Origin: Candidatus Woesearchaeota archaeon
GTDB lineage: Archaea; Nanobdellota; Nanobdellia; Woesearchaeales; UBA12501
Length of the DNA stretch: 64,000 nucleotides
NCBI GenBank assembly: GCA_030651375.1
Contig: JAUSFM010000006.1
Coordinates: forward strand, 12,646 to 76,645
Reading direction: 5' to 3'
Shown: positions 9,606-18,971 of the stretch, in pieces
How the letters are laid out: each line of letters opens with the position of its first letter
How positions within the stretch are numbered: the first letter of the stretch is position 1
The notes under the pieces: model-generated
Seen by the model: only the letters and a program-made list of their open reading frames with translations
What the model was told of the DNA's origin: nothing
Databases searched by the model: none
Position numbers and translations under genes: made by a program

Positions 9606-10385
9606 TCATGCTTCAGTTTGCGCTGCTGGTGCAGCGGCAGCCTCTGTTTGATCGGTACTGTCCTGTTTTTCAGTTTCAGCTTTTTCCGCTTTCTTTTTTC
9701 TACGGGGTGCTTTTTTCTTCTCTTCCTTTTTTTCATCGCCCGGCGTTTTTGATTCACCTTTCTGCGCTGCAGGCGCTGATTCGGTTATTTCATCAATGAC
9801 CTTCAGCTCGTCAGGCAGTTTGATGCCCGGCGGCATAATGCGCACCTTGATGCCGATAACGCCTGACTTCAGTTTTGCCGTTGCATATGCTTTCAATACT
9901 TTAGTGACTGCGATGTCGCCGCACTTTTTCAAGTATCCTTGGTAAAATCGCCACGCTCGTGCACGTGCGCTGGGCACTTTGCCCGAGATGATAATTTCCA
10001 CGCCGAGTGCGCGCGCATTCATGACATCCTGCATGACCTGGTGCGCGACGCCTTTAAACCGTGCTGAGCCAAATCGCTCGAGTGATTGTGCAATGCGCTC
10101 GGCAACAATCTGCGCGTCGAGGTGCACATTTTCAACTTCTGCAATTTCTATTTGTGGATTTTCAAGTTCGAATTTTTTCTTGATCGTGGTGGTGAGCTTC
10201 TTGATGTTTTGGCCGCTCTTGCCAACGATAATGCCCGGGCGCGAGGTATACACTACAATCTTTTCACCCATCGGTGTGCGCTGGACTTTCGTGTGGCTTT
10301 GGCCGGTATTGTGCAAGCTTTGGGAAATGAATTCCTGAATCTGGAACTCTTTCATTTTCTGGGCAATAATCTTTCGCTCAATCAT
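9606..10385 (-). CDS. rps3: 30S ribosomal protein S3 (uS3)
   Basis: RPGIIVGKSG, GVEIIISGK, GVIGIKVRIM. Start MIERK. Confidence 0.98.
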   Translation of the reverse strand: MIERKIIAQKMKEFQIQEFISQSLHNTGQSHTKVQRTPMGEKIVVYTSRPGIIVGKSGQNIKKLTTTIKKKFELENPQIEIAEVENVHLDAQIVAERIAQSLERFGSARFKGVAHQVMQDVMNARALGVEIIISGKVPSARARAWRFYQGYLKKCGDIAVTKVLKAYATAKLKSGVIGIKVRIMPPGIKLPDELKVIDEITESAPAAQKGESKTPGDEKKEEKKKAPRRKKKAEKAETEKQDSTDQTEAAAAPAAQTEA

Positions 10386-10875
10386 GCGTTGTACCTTTTT
10401 TTTCTTGTTTTGCTTTTTGTTTTCGTTGTTCTGGTGCAGCTTCTTTTTGTTCGCGTGCAACAAATTCGAGGTGGGTGTTTTTCATGCGTCGGCCGCGCTG
10501 GCGTGAAATCCGGTACGGCCGTGCACCCTTATTTGCCACGGCGTGAATAATAACCAGCCGGCTTGTGTTGAGCCCTTTGTGCTGTGCATTCATCTCTAAT
10601 GACTTAATCAGGTTGAGTATTGCGGTGCAAGCATTTTTTGGAAACTGTCCGGCGGCCATGCCCGGCTTGTGGCCGGCGCCGTTGGTATATCGCTTGAACG
10701 GAATCGGGCGCTTGAGTGCAATAGCGTCTTCAAGTATGCGTTTGACGACTGCAATGTTCCGGTGCCGAAGGGTGTTGCATACCTCAATCGAGTGCTTGGT
10801 CGAGATGGATACATCTCTGCCAATGACTCGCACCATCGAGCCTTTTTCATAGTCCGGAAAGCTGTAGCCATGCAT
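10378..10875 (-). CDS. rpl22: 50S ribosomal protein L22 (uL22)
   Basis: ISTKHSIEVC, IPFKRY, GQFP, NAQHKGL, THLE. Confidence 0.97.
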   Translation of the reverse strand: MHGYSFPDYEKGSMVRVIGRDVSISTKHSIEVCNTLRHRNIAVVKRILEDAIALKRPIPFKRYTNGAGHKPGMAAGQFPKNACTAILNLIKSLEMNAQHKGLNTSRLVIIHAVANKGARPYRISRQRGRRMKNTHLEFVAREQKEAAPEQRKQKAKQEKKGTTHD

Positions 10876-10877
10876 GT

Positions 10878-11261
10878 TTATTTCACCGATATGCTTGCAC
10901 TTGAGCGCGTTGCGCCAATGCCCGGTGAGTTGTGTTTGACTGACCGTCGGGTAAGTGCGAATTCACCAAGGTAATGGCCAAGCATTTCCGGCACAATATG
11001 AACCGGCTGCCAGGTTTTGCCGTCGTACACTTCAATGTCGCGGTCAACCATCTGGGGAACGATAATCATGTCTCTGCACTGGGTGCGGAGTTTTCTTCGG
11101 TTTTTCTTGATATGCTCAAGGAGTGTCTGCTTCTGGTGAGTGGAGCCTCGTTTAAGGCTTCTACGCGCGCGCGCTGGCAGGAGGGTGAGGAACTCTTCGA
11201 AACTCATACGTCGAACTTCCTCGATTGTTTTTCCCCGATACGTAAATTCTTTTTTTGCCAT
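10878..11261 (-). CDS. rps19: 30S ribosomal protein S19 (uS19)
   Basis: FTYRG, PEMLGHYLGEFALTR, PGIGATRSS. Confidence 0.98.
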   Translation of the reverse strand: MAKKEFTYRGKTIEEVRRMSFEEFLTLLPARARRSLKRGSTHQKQTLLEHIKKNRRKLRTQCRDMIIVPQMVDRDIEVYDGKTWQPVHIVPEMLGHYLGEFALTRRSVKHNSPGIGATRSSASISVK

Positions 11262-11293
11262 TGGTTTCTCCTAAGTTCGTGCGTTTCGTGCTT

Positions 11294-12028
11294 TTATGTT
11301 GTTGCTTTTTTTGCGCCAGTCTTTCGTCCGGTTCTGCGTGGGCGTATCATGCCGACGTTTCTTCCCGGCGGCGCGTGCCGCGGTGCGGGTCGTGCCTTGG
11401 ATTTTCTTGATGATCGCTTGTTACCGAATGGGTGGTCAACTGCGTTGACTGCGCCACCCGAGATTCGTGGGTACAATTTGTTGCGGGCCTTCATCTTATA
11501 ATGTTTCTTGCCTGCTTTTCCAAATGGTTTTTCCAATCGTCCGCCGCCAGCGAGTACGCCGATGGTTGCTCTGCATTGCGGATTGAACTCTTTGATTTTT
11601 TTGGAGGGTAATTTGACGAGGATACGGTCATCATATCGTGCAAGTACGCGTGCAAAGGTGCCTGATGCGCGGGCAAATTTGCCGCCGTCACCCGGTGTGC
11701 CTTCAACATTATATACTGGCGCTCCTTCAGGGATATTTTTCAAATGAGTAGTATTCCCAATTTCAACAGGTGCGTCCTTTCCCGCAGAGATTTGGTCACC
11801 GATAGCAAGGCCTTCTGCAGCAGGCATGAGCACTTCTTCACCGTCTTCAAACGCAACGCGCGCCAACGGCGCTGAATGTCCCGGGCAGTGGATAAATTCT
11901 CGGATGAGCCCTTTGAATGTACCGTCTGACCATGTTTTGTGGAGTGCTTCGCCTGCGTAATTGAATGAGGGCGCTCGATATCTCGGGCCTCCTCGTCCGC
12001 GTGCTTGTGCAATTATGCGTTTTCCCAT
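11294..12028 (-). CDS. rpl2: 50S ribosomal protein L2 (uL2)
   Basis: MGKRIIAQARG, PGDGGKFARASG, NAVDHPFG, PPGRNVG. Confidence 0.98.
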   Translation of the reverse strand: MGKRIIAQARGRGGPRYRAPSFNYAGEALHKTWSDGTFKGLIREFIHCPGHSAPLARVAFEDGEEVLMPAAEGLAIGDQISAGKDAPVEIGNTTHLKNIPEGAPVYNVEGTPGDGGKFARASGTFARVLARYDDRILVKLPSKKIKEFNPQCRATIGVLAGGGRLEKPFGKAGKKHYKMKARNKLYPRISGGAVNAVDHPFGNKRSSRKSKARPAPRHAPPGRNVGMIRPRRTGRKTGAKKATT

Positions 12029-12032
12029 AGTT

Positions 12033-12287
12033 TCACATCATACCAAGCTGCGTTGCAATGTCAATTGCTGGCGTTTCTTTGCTGAACTGTACCACTGCCC
12101 GTTTTTCTCCTTTTGAGGTAATTTGAGTGTTCACGTTTGCGACTTTTGTTTTGAAGAGTGCTTCGATCGCCTTTTTGATTGCTGGTTTGTCAGCGCGCCG
12201 GTCAACGACAAAGACGAGCTTGTTTTCTGATTCCATCAGGCGAATCGATTTTTCCGTTGATACCGGGTGAAGTATGATTGTGTTCAT
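12033..12287 (-). CDS. rpl23: 50S ribosomal protein L23 (uL23)
   Basis: PVSTEKS, NKLVFVVD, VANVNT. Confidence 0.97.
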   Translation of the reverse strand: MNTIILHPVSTEKSIRLMESENKLVFVVDRRADKPAIKKAIEALFKTKVANVNTQITSKGEKRAVVQFSKETPAIDIATQLGMM

Positions 12288-12299
12288 GTGGTAGTCTCA

Positions 12300-13235
12300 T
12301 TACTTTTGTTTTACTTGTTTTTCCTTTGGCTGTGCTTTTGCTTTTGGAACTTGCTTGTGTTCCTTTTTCTGTTCTTGTTTTTTTCCGGTGTCTGCAGTTG
12401 TTTCTTCTTTTCTCGGCGCGCTTTTGCCCTTGAAATCATTCATGAACCAGTGTTCAGTGCGAAGGCGCTCAACTGCTGCTTCAGTGTACAGAGTGAGCCG
12501 ACCGGGCGCTCCGGGCGCAAGAAGGACTGCGTTCAATTCATCAACCCGTGCCACGTCGATACCGGGCAAGTTGACGCGTTCAATCGGTGCATTGCCGCTG
12601 ATGACAACGAGTGGCCCTCGTCGCTGTTTGTATTTTCGTCCGCGTCCTTTTCCTCTTCCGGCGCGCACTTTTTTAATTGCGCAGCGCACGAGTTCTTGTT
12701 CAAGGCCAAGCGCGAGCAATGCTTTTTCAAGGTCATGTGCCTTGGTTATTTTTTCAAACTCAGTGCTGATAATAAACGGGTATGCATCAGGAACACGGTG
12801 GCCGCGGCTCTTCACCATTTCTTTGTTGACGGTTGCAGCGAGTGCTGAACGGACCGCAAACCGGTTTTCTTTTTTGTTGATTTTTCTTGCCCAGATTTTC
12901 CATGGCTTTGGCGGATGCGCGCGCCGTCCGCCGACACAGCCGGGTGCAAACGCGCCGACCCAATTCATATTGGTGCCGCTTCTGCTGTGTACTTTTCGGG
13001 GAACACGTGAAATACCATGGCCGTAACAGCCGCGGTAACTTCTTCGCTGCTTGCTGACCCATGATGATGATCGCTTGCCTGCTTCAGGGAATGCACCGTA
13101 CGGTTGGCGTTGGGTGCTGCGCAATGCTTCAGCAGCACGCTCAATAACATCTGGGCGCACCTGCTCGTCGAATTGCGGCGGCATGTCCACCTTTCCGGTG
13201 TTTTTGTTGTCGATGGTGAGGATGGAGAGTTTCAT
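12300..13235 (-). CDS. rpl4: 50S ribosomal protein L4 (uL4)
   Basis: GGRRAHPPK, RAGRGKGRGR, LLAPG.PGRLT. Confidence 0.98.
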   Translation of the reverse strand: MKLSILTIDNKNTGKVDMPPQFDEQVRPDVIERAAEALRSTQRQPYGAFPEAGKRSSSWVSKQRRSYRGCYGHGISRVPRKVHSRSGTNMNWVGAFAPGCVGGRRAHPPKPWKIWARKINKKENRFAVRSALAATVNKEMVKSRGHRVPDAYPFIISTEFEKITKAHDLEKALLALGLEQELVRCAIKKVRAGRGKGRGRKYKQRRGPLVVISGNAPIERVNLPGIDVARVDELNAVLLAPGAPGRLTLYTEAAVERLRTEHWFMNDFKGKSAPRKEETTADTGKKQEQKKEHKQVPKAKAQPKEKQVKQK

Positions 13236-13236
13236 G

Positions 13237-14229
13237 TTACATTCCCTGTTTTGTTGTTACACTGACATATCTGATTGTGGGCGCTTCCGACGGTATTCTC
13301 GTGGTTGGCCGCTGGGGGTGGGTAAGTTTGATGAGGCGTTTTGCCGGCCCGCCAACCGAGCCCTTGACGATAAGGTACTGGTTTTTCACCATGCCATAGC
13401 GCTTGAAGCCGTCAGGCGGATTGATATTTTTTGGCTGGGTGTCCATTTTCAGCACCCACTTGTTCCATTCAGTGCGCGTGTGATAACCGGTCTGTCCTGC
13501 GTGGGCAACACGGTACATCATATGTCCTTGTCCTTTCCACGCGCCGAGTGAGCCCGGGCCGCGCTTGGTTTTTTCTGACTTGTGGTGGCGAATGGCAACA
13601 CCAAATCGTTTGACTGGGCCTTGCAGACCGCGTCCGGTGGTGACGCTGTGGGCATCGACTTGTTGCCCTTCAGCAAAAACATCATTCACAAAAATATCCT
13701 TGCCCATTTTTTCCTGCGCCCATGCAAGTTTTTGCGCAACTGTGCCGCCGAGCCCCACTTCAAAGACTTCAGGCCGTTTCTTGATCGATGTCATAGCAGG
13801 CTGGGTCTGAACCAGCACGCGGATGTCAGTGTATTTTTCGGCCTTGAGCTCAGCAAGTTTTTGCGTTGGCTCTTTTTTTGTAACTGGAAAAACGCGAGAA
13901 AGATCAGGAGTGCCTTTGCCGACGATATCAGTCATCACCCGCTCGCCGTAGGCATATACTTTGTCGATACCATAACAGCGCACGCCAATGACACGCATGG
14001 GCGGGCATTCAATGATAGTTGCAGCCGTCATGAGCTCCATGCCTTTTGTTTTTGCGGTTTTGCGAGAATCAACAAGAATAAGATGCGTCATGCCCACTTT
14101 GTAGCCGGCGAAACAGCCAGCCTTGCCCAGTGGGGTAGTCCATGCTCTAATAGGTGTATGCTGGCGTTCAGCACGCTTTCGCGGCCAAAACTGCATGCTT
14201 CCTGAATGCGGCTGGTGTTCTTTTGGCAT
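13237..14229 (-). CDS. rpl3: 50S ribosomal protein L3 (uL3)
   Basis: GSMQFWPRKRA, AGYKVGMTH, QGPVKRFG, AGQTGYHTRTE, KGSVGGP. Confidence 0.98.
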   Translation of the reverse strand: MPKEHQPHSGSMQFWPRKRAERQHTPIRAWTTPLGKAGCFAGYKVGMTHLILVDSRKTAKTKGMELMTAATIIECPPMRVIGVRCYGIDKVYAYGERVMTDIVGKGTPDLSRVFPVTKKEPTQKLAELKAEKYTDIRVLVQTQPAMTSIKKRPEVFEVGLGGTVAQKLAWAQEKMGKDIFVNDVFAEGQQVDAHSVTTGRGLQGPVKRFGVAIRHHKSEKTKRGPGSLGAWKGQGHMMYRVAHAGQTGYHTRTEWNKWVLKMDTQPKNINPPDGFKRYGMVKNQYLIVKGSVGGPAKRLIKLTHPQRPTTRIPSEAPTIRYVSVTTKQGM

Positions 14230-14481
14230 GGGTATTCCTTGATTTCAGCATTCTGGGATACAGCTCAAGCTTATTTGGTGAAATAAGGTCTATTATCTCT
14301 TATTTCGACAAAATTGCCTTAAATAACGTCTTTCAACGAAGAATTCGCATTCTTCGCCAAACGTGTACTGAAAGACAACTTTTTCAGGCTTTGTTTGGCT
14401 GTGTTCCCATGTTTAAACCTTGAATGACATGTTTAAACACATTATATCGCGTTTTGCGTATTCTATTCAGGAATTGCGGAA

Positions 14482-14491
14482 TTATATAAAG
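14482..14491 (-). promoter_or_regulatory. Candidate TATA box (TTTATATAA) of the ribosomal protein operon
   Basis: Best TATA-like motif in the intergenic region; implies a ~230-nt leader before L3. Confidence 0.55.
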
Positions 14492-14545
14492 ATTGTGATT
14501 TGAACGAACGAAAAACAGGTATTAAAACAGGTATTTATTCCCTAT

Positions 14546-15418
14546 CTATTTATTGCCTACCTCCCGTATCCTCACTTCGGCCCACAGCAGCGGCTTTTCA
14601 TACTCGTCGTGGTACCGTCCAGCAATTCGATCCCATGTTTCTACGCCTCTGTCCGTCAAGCTGATAAGCGGTCCATATTCTACAGTGCTGTGCAGGGGAA
14701 TGAATGAATGTATCTCGTATTTGAACGTCTGGTTGTTTAGCCCACCAATAAGCATGAGCATGTACTGGGTCTTGTAGCGAAGTATGAGTTCGCACGTTGG
14801 CTCACCTTTGCACTCTTCATGCGCATGGAGCCGTAAAGCTTGAAGGTCTTCCACACTCGGCGTGGTGTTGTCATACTTCTTGTCATACTTCTTATACCGG
14901 CGGGATTCCTCTTTAGGACGCGTTGTGCCACGCTCCTCTTCCTGTTTAAGAACTGATTTTATTTCATCTGGTGTTCGCGGATGGGAATGATAATCACCGA
15001 TAAACATTCTGCCCTGTTGCTCAATTGGGTCGATCTCCGCATGCGAAAAGAACACGCCAACGCCTAACGATTCCTGGTATTGCATCGGCTTAAGAAACGT
15101 ATCAATAACGCCGTCAGGCCGCGCAAAGAGCATGTATGAAACTTCATGGTCGTGGGTGAACGAGCTGCGCAGCGTGCCGAGCACCGGCGTTGTTATCGGC
15201 ACAACAACCTTGTCAGAGTTGGTAACAAGAAAATACGCACCCTCTGCATCGCCCGCATTCAGCCGGTCTTCAAGTGTTCTTTTATACAATATATAATGCG
15301 GAAGTCTCGGCGTTTGTGGCGGTTCATCGGTGGAAATGCCAAGCATACTCAGCGTTGCAGCAGCGCCAATGCCTCGTGTCATTGTTTGGGAAAAGTGTCT
15401 CCGTGTATAGTTCATCAT
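14546..15418 (-). CDS. Putative JAB/MPN (JAMM) metalloprotease with twin-arginine-like leader
   Basis: TRRHF followed by a hydrophobic stretch; HEVSY, IGDYHSHP ... PSVED JAMM-like motif with a long insert. Confidence 0.6.
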   Translation of the reverse strand: MMNYTRRHFSQTMTRGIGAAATLSMLGISTDEPPQTPRLPHYILYKRTLEDRLNAGDAEGAYFLVTNSDKVVVPITTPVLGTLRSSFTHDHEVSYMLFARPDGVIDTFLKPMQYQESLGVGVFFSHAEIDPIEQQGRMFIGDYHSHPRTPDEIKSVLKQEEERGTTRPKEESRRYKKYDKKYDNTTPSVEDLQALRLHAHEECKGEPTCELILRYKTQYMLMLIGGLNNQTFKYEIHSFIPLHSTVEYGPLISLTDRGVETWDRIAGRYHDEYEKPLLWAEVRIREVGNK

Positions 15419-15470
15419 CGCGGGAAAAAGAAACAACTATATATACCTCACGGTTCTTCTTTTCGGCGGT

Positions 15471-15544
15471 GCTCTCGTCGTATAGCTTGGATAGTATGCG
15501 GCCCTCCGAAGGCTGTGACCGGGGTTCAAATCCCCGCGGGAGCG
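15471..15544 (+). tRNA. tRNA-Arg(CCG)
   Basis: GCTCTCG/CGGGAGC acceptor, CGGCC-CTCCGAA-GGCTG anticodon arm, TTCAAAT T-loop; TATA at ~15439; CCA not encoded. Confidence 0.95.
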
Positions 15545-15707
15545 TTTTGGTTATGTAGAAGCGTGCGAAGCGTTGTTTTCTCTTCCGGAGAAAACACGTC
15601 GTTCACAACAGTTTTTTGCGCAGCAAAAAAAGGTTGGTTTACATCCCCACAGGAGCGTATATTAGTTTTGAATCAGAGGTCTGGAATCAGGGGTATGACG
15701 AACTTGA

Positions 15708-16760
15708 TTATTGCGGTGCCTTTGCCATATACTCTCCCAAATCTCGTTTGAGAACATCACCGGTAACCATTCCATTAAGCAAGGGCATGTCTGCCTGCGG
15801 ATGAAGAAAATCAACAATGCCCGGTCGTTGGCTTTCAACACTTCTGCGCACGCCGCGATGCAGTGTTTCAGCCAGTGTGCCGTATTTTAATTTGTCAGGA
15901 TCAATCTTCCCTTCCGCGATCAATGCTTCAATCAGCAGGCGATAGTTTTTTCCAAACTGAAAGAAATACGTGCCGCCCTCGACGACAACCGGCCGCCATT
16001 CGTTGCCGACTTTACCTTCCAAACAATGTTCTGGATCCTTGCGCATATCTCCAATTGTTCCTGCAGAACTGTCGGCGTGCTCGCCGAAAATAAGGTCGCC
16101 GACCTTTGCTTTTCTCCCCTCGAAATATTCCTGCAATTCCGGCTCCGTGCCGTTGAGATATTGGATGAGCTGGAGCGTATTTTCCTGCACTAATCGGTAG
16201 TCTTTCCCTCCTACGTTTCGTGTGCCGCTAAAATAATTCGGGCCAAGCCCATAATAAAATTCAGCCAACGCATTCAGCGCAATGGTGCCAAGGTTGACTA
16301 GTTGTGCATGAATCTGGTAAATGCCACTGTTCTGAAAGCGTGCCATGGCAAGTTCATCTTCAAATTTGAGATGTCTTTTGAGCTTTTGATCACTTGGCCA
16401 TAACCTGCGCGGGTATCCCCGTACGATATTGAATCGGAGAAGCTGTTTCCATACATCTTTATCACTTCCCGTGCCATACTCTTCCCGTCCGGGCCACGAA
16501 TAGCCAAGGTTTGCATCTACCGGATGCACACACCCCAAGCGGACCTCTTCGGGGAGTTTACGAAAAAAAATATCAATGGCACGGTACGTCTCTTCCATTA
16601 GTGCCGGATCAATTATCTGGTTATCATCAGTAAGTCCAGAAATTCCAAACTGGCCTTCATTCTCAATCAGAATCGTCGCTTCTCGTTCCCGCTCTCTCTG
16701 CGTTCCGGTTTGAAAGCGGTGTGCGTTAAAAGAAGGAATGCGTAATTCGGCAGCGCACAT
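15708..16760 (-). CDS. 2-oxoglutarate/Fe(II) oxygenase, isopenicillin N synthase-like family
   Basis: LQLIQY..., GEHADS (HxD), LHRG (distal His), RPGIVDFLHP (RxS-like position). Confidence 0.75.
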   Translation of the reverse strand: MCAAELRIPSFNAHRFQTGTQREREREATILIENEGQFGISGLTDDNQIIDPALMEETYRAIDIFFRKLPEEVRLGCVHPVDANLGYSWPGREEYGTGSDKDVWKQLLRFNIVRGYPRRLWPSDQKLKRHLKFEDELAMARFQNSGIYQIHAQLVNLGTIALNALAEFYYGLGPNYFSGTRNVGGKDYRLVQENTLQLIQYLNGTEPELQEYFEGRKAKVGDLIFGEHADSSAGTIGDMRKDPEHCLEGKVGNEWRPVVVEGGTYFFQFGKNYRLLIEALIAEGKIDPDKLKYGTLAETLHRGVRRSVESQRPGIVDFLHPQADMPLLNGMVTGDVLKRDLGEYMAKAPQ

Positions 16761-16792
16761 GATGCTTTCTGCTTTTATTTACTATAAATAGT

Positions 16793-18481
16793 TTATTGTG
16801 GTTCAGTCGTTATGTTATTGTCCTCTTTTGTTTGTCCTTCTTTCATCTTTTCCCTAAATTCTTTATATCCTCGCCGTGCTTCTTTCATGCGCTGTTTTTG
16901 TTCGTCAGTCATGGTTCGCTTTTCTTTTTTGCCTTCTTTTTCCTGCCGTTGCGCCTGCCGCATCATTCTGCGCACGTATTGTACTGGATTGGTGCACCGC
17001 GTGCATATCTGCTCGGCACATTTGAGGCCCATGCTTGAATAATATCCTGCATTGTCACAATTTGGCGGCAGCACGGTTCTCTTTTGCTGCCGGTGGTAGC
17101 GAAGCCGCCCGGTCAATACTGTTTCACGCAGCGCTTCGCCAACTTCAGCATTTTTCTTGTTCCATTCATCAAGCCGTTTTTCAATGGCATCGGCATCCCA
17201 GCCAACGCTGGCCAAAAAATTAATCAGCACAAACATGGCACGCTTCTTGCCGTCTTTCATGCCCTGCAGCATTTTTGCTATACATGGTGGGAACAATGTT
17301 TCTGGCGCAGCAGTCTGGAATTTTTCAAATGCTTTTTCACCGCGAGAATCGCCGAGATACGCTTCACCGGCTGTTTTTTCTTGCTCCTTGCGCGTGCCAA
17401 AATCAATTGCTGTGCGCAAGAGTGCCATTGCTTCTCCCTTTGTGGTGTTGGCTGTGTCGAGGAATATTGGATTATTTTTGGTGACATTCGGCGGCGCTGC
17501 GCGCTGCTTGTCAAACGTCATGATATCTTCTGGCGCAATCGGAAGGGACATAAGCCCTGATTTTTCATGGAGCGAGTACGGCGCGCGGTAGAGGTGCCGC
17601 GAAGAAATAAGCACCGTGTCCACTTCAATCAGCGCCGTGGTGTTGAGCTGCTGGACTACTGTTTCAGCGCCGCAAGTTTGGCACCCCCGTTCTGCATTCA
17701 TCAGCCGCATGAGCTTGCTGCATTTTTCGCAGGCAGTTGGCTCATCTGCCTCTTTTATCTGCACGTTGCCGCAGTGTTCACAGCCATATTCAATGCGCGG
17801 CTTTTCCTTTTCATTTGCTTTTTTTTCCGTGTCGCACCCTGCGCACACGGTTTTGATAAGGTCTTCTTTTTTGGTTTGTTGTTTCAGCTTGTCAAAATCA
17901 ACGCTGAACCGCTGGGCGAAATATATCCGGTTATTTTTCACGCTGATATGTTTTGCCGTTATATACCCAAGAAGGTACGTTGCAATCATGCGGGGCGCTT
18001 CAGGAAAGAGTAGTCGGGTTTCAACGAGCTGGCCTGCCCGGTCAATTTTTTCCGGGAACGCTTCAAAGGGCACGCCGATATGCCATCCCTTGTTGCCGGA
18101 AAATTTTACGCTGACGCTTTTGATGCCGTGTTCTTGCAGGCTTTTTACCATGAGCCATGCAGTCATTTTTGATACACCCCAGTGCACTGCATCGATGTCA
18201 AGCACAAGGTCCCATCCGGTGCGCAGGGCATCACTGTCGGTTTTTCGCATGCCGGTTTCAAGCGCCAGCGGATTTGACCAGCGCTCTTCGGAAACATGAA
18301 ACGATGTTGCACCTTTCTTTGCCAGCTCCCCAACATCATTCGGAAAATACACAGCGTCCGGCCGTTTGCCAAATCCGCTTTCGCCGTATTTCACTGCTGC
18401 TTCCCTGTTTTTTGCTCCGGCAGCAAGGCCTTCTTGCACCTCTCTCCGGAGATAATATTTCAGAATGGCAGCAGGTTCCAT
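16793..18481 (-). CDS. priSL: Fused DNA primase PriS-PriL (DPANN type) with Zn-finger insert
   Basis: WDLVLDID, KFSGNKGWH, HLYRAPYSLH (PriS); FPPCI, PPNC..C..C Fe-S domain (PriL); four CxxC in the middle. Start MEPAA. Confidence 0.93.
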   Translation of the reverse strand: MEPAAILKYYLRREVQEGLAAGAKNREAAVKYGESGFGKRPDAVYFPNDVGELAKKGATSFHVSEERWSNPLALETGMRKTDSDALRTGWDLVLDIDAVHWGVSKMTAWLMVKSLQEHGIKSVSVKFSGNKGWHIGVPFEAFPEKIDRAGQLVETRLLFPEAPRMIATYLLGYITAKHISVKNNRIYFAQRFSVDFDKLKQQTKKEDLIKTVCAGCDTEKKANEKEKPRIEYGCEHCGNVQIKEADEPTACEKCSKLMRLMNAERGCQTCGAETVVQQLNTTALIEVDTVLISSRHLYRAPYSLHEKSGLMSLPIAPEDIMTFDKQRAAPPNVTKNNPIFLDTANTTKGEAMALLRTAIDFGTRKEQEKTAGEAYLGDSRGEKAFEKFQTAAPETLFPPCIAKMLQGMKDGKKRAMFVLINFLASVGWDADAIEKRLDEWNKKNAEVGEALRETVLTGRLRYHRQQKRTVLPPNCDNAGYYSSMGLKCAEQICTRCTNPVQYVRRMMRQAQRQEKEGKKEKRTMTDEQKQRMKEARRGYKEFREKMKEGQTKEDNNITTEPQ

Positions 18482-18578
18482 ACTGTTGGTGAATGGGTGC
18501 GGTTTTATAATGATTATTATGGGGCGCTTGCTATTTTTGAGCAGAACATTTTTAAGCATTCCATCCTTTTTTGGTCTG

Positions 18579-18965
18579 ATGGCGGTGAATGCGCGTGAGC
18601 AGGAAGCAGGGTTTCGTGAGTGGCTCGAAAAAATAAACACCAGCAACAAGCTCATCATTGTTGAAGGAAAAAAAGATGCACATGCCTTGTGTTCGCTCGG
18701 TGTCAACAACCATGTTGTGATGCTCAGCAAAAAGCCACTCTACGCGGTTGTCGAAGATGTTGCCGAAAAAACAACCGACGTCATCATCCTTACTGACTTC
18801 GACAAAAAGGGGAAGGAATTATACGGCAAACTCAAAAAATCACTCATCGCCCACGGCGTACAGGTAGACAACACGTTTCGTGAATTTCTGCAGAACACCG
18901 GCATCAGCCACATCGAGGGTTTAAAAACACACGTGCAAAAATATATAAAGGGGCAGGAACTTTAG
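18579..18965 (+). CDS. Small TOPRIM domain protein (RNase M5/primase-like)
   Basis: IIVEGKKD, IILTDFDKKG. Confidence 0.9.
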   Translation: MAVNAREQEAGFREWLEKINTSNKLIIVEGKKDAHALCSLGVNNHVVMLSKKPLYAVVEDVAEKTTDVIILTDFDKKGKELYGKLKKSLIAHGVQVDNTFREFLQNTGISHIEGLKTHVQKYIKGQEL

Positions 18966-18971
18966 AATTCT

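Noticed and set aside
14512..14535. AAAACAGGTATT tandem duplication
   Set aside because: Only two short copies with no further support.
18482..18730. N-terminal extensions given by the ORF track (primase, secY, S3, L29, methyltransferase, 50276 and 52445 ORFs)
   Set aside because: They overlap neighbouring genes or promoters; better internal starts exist.
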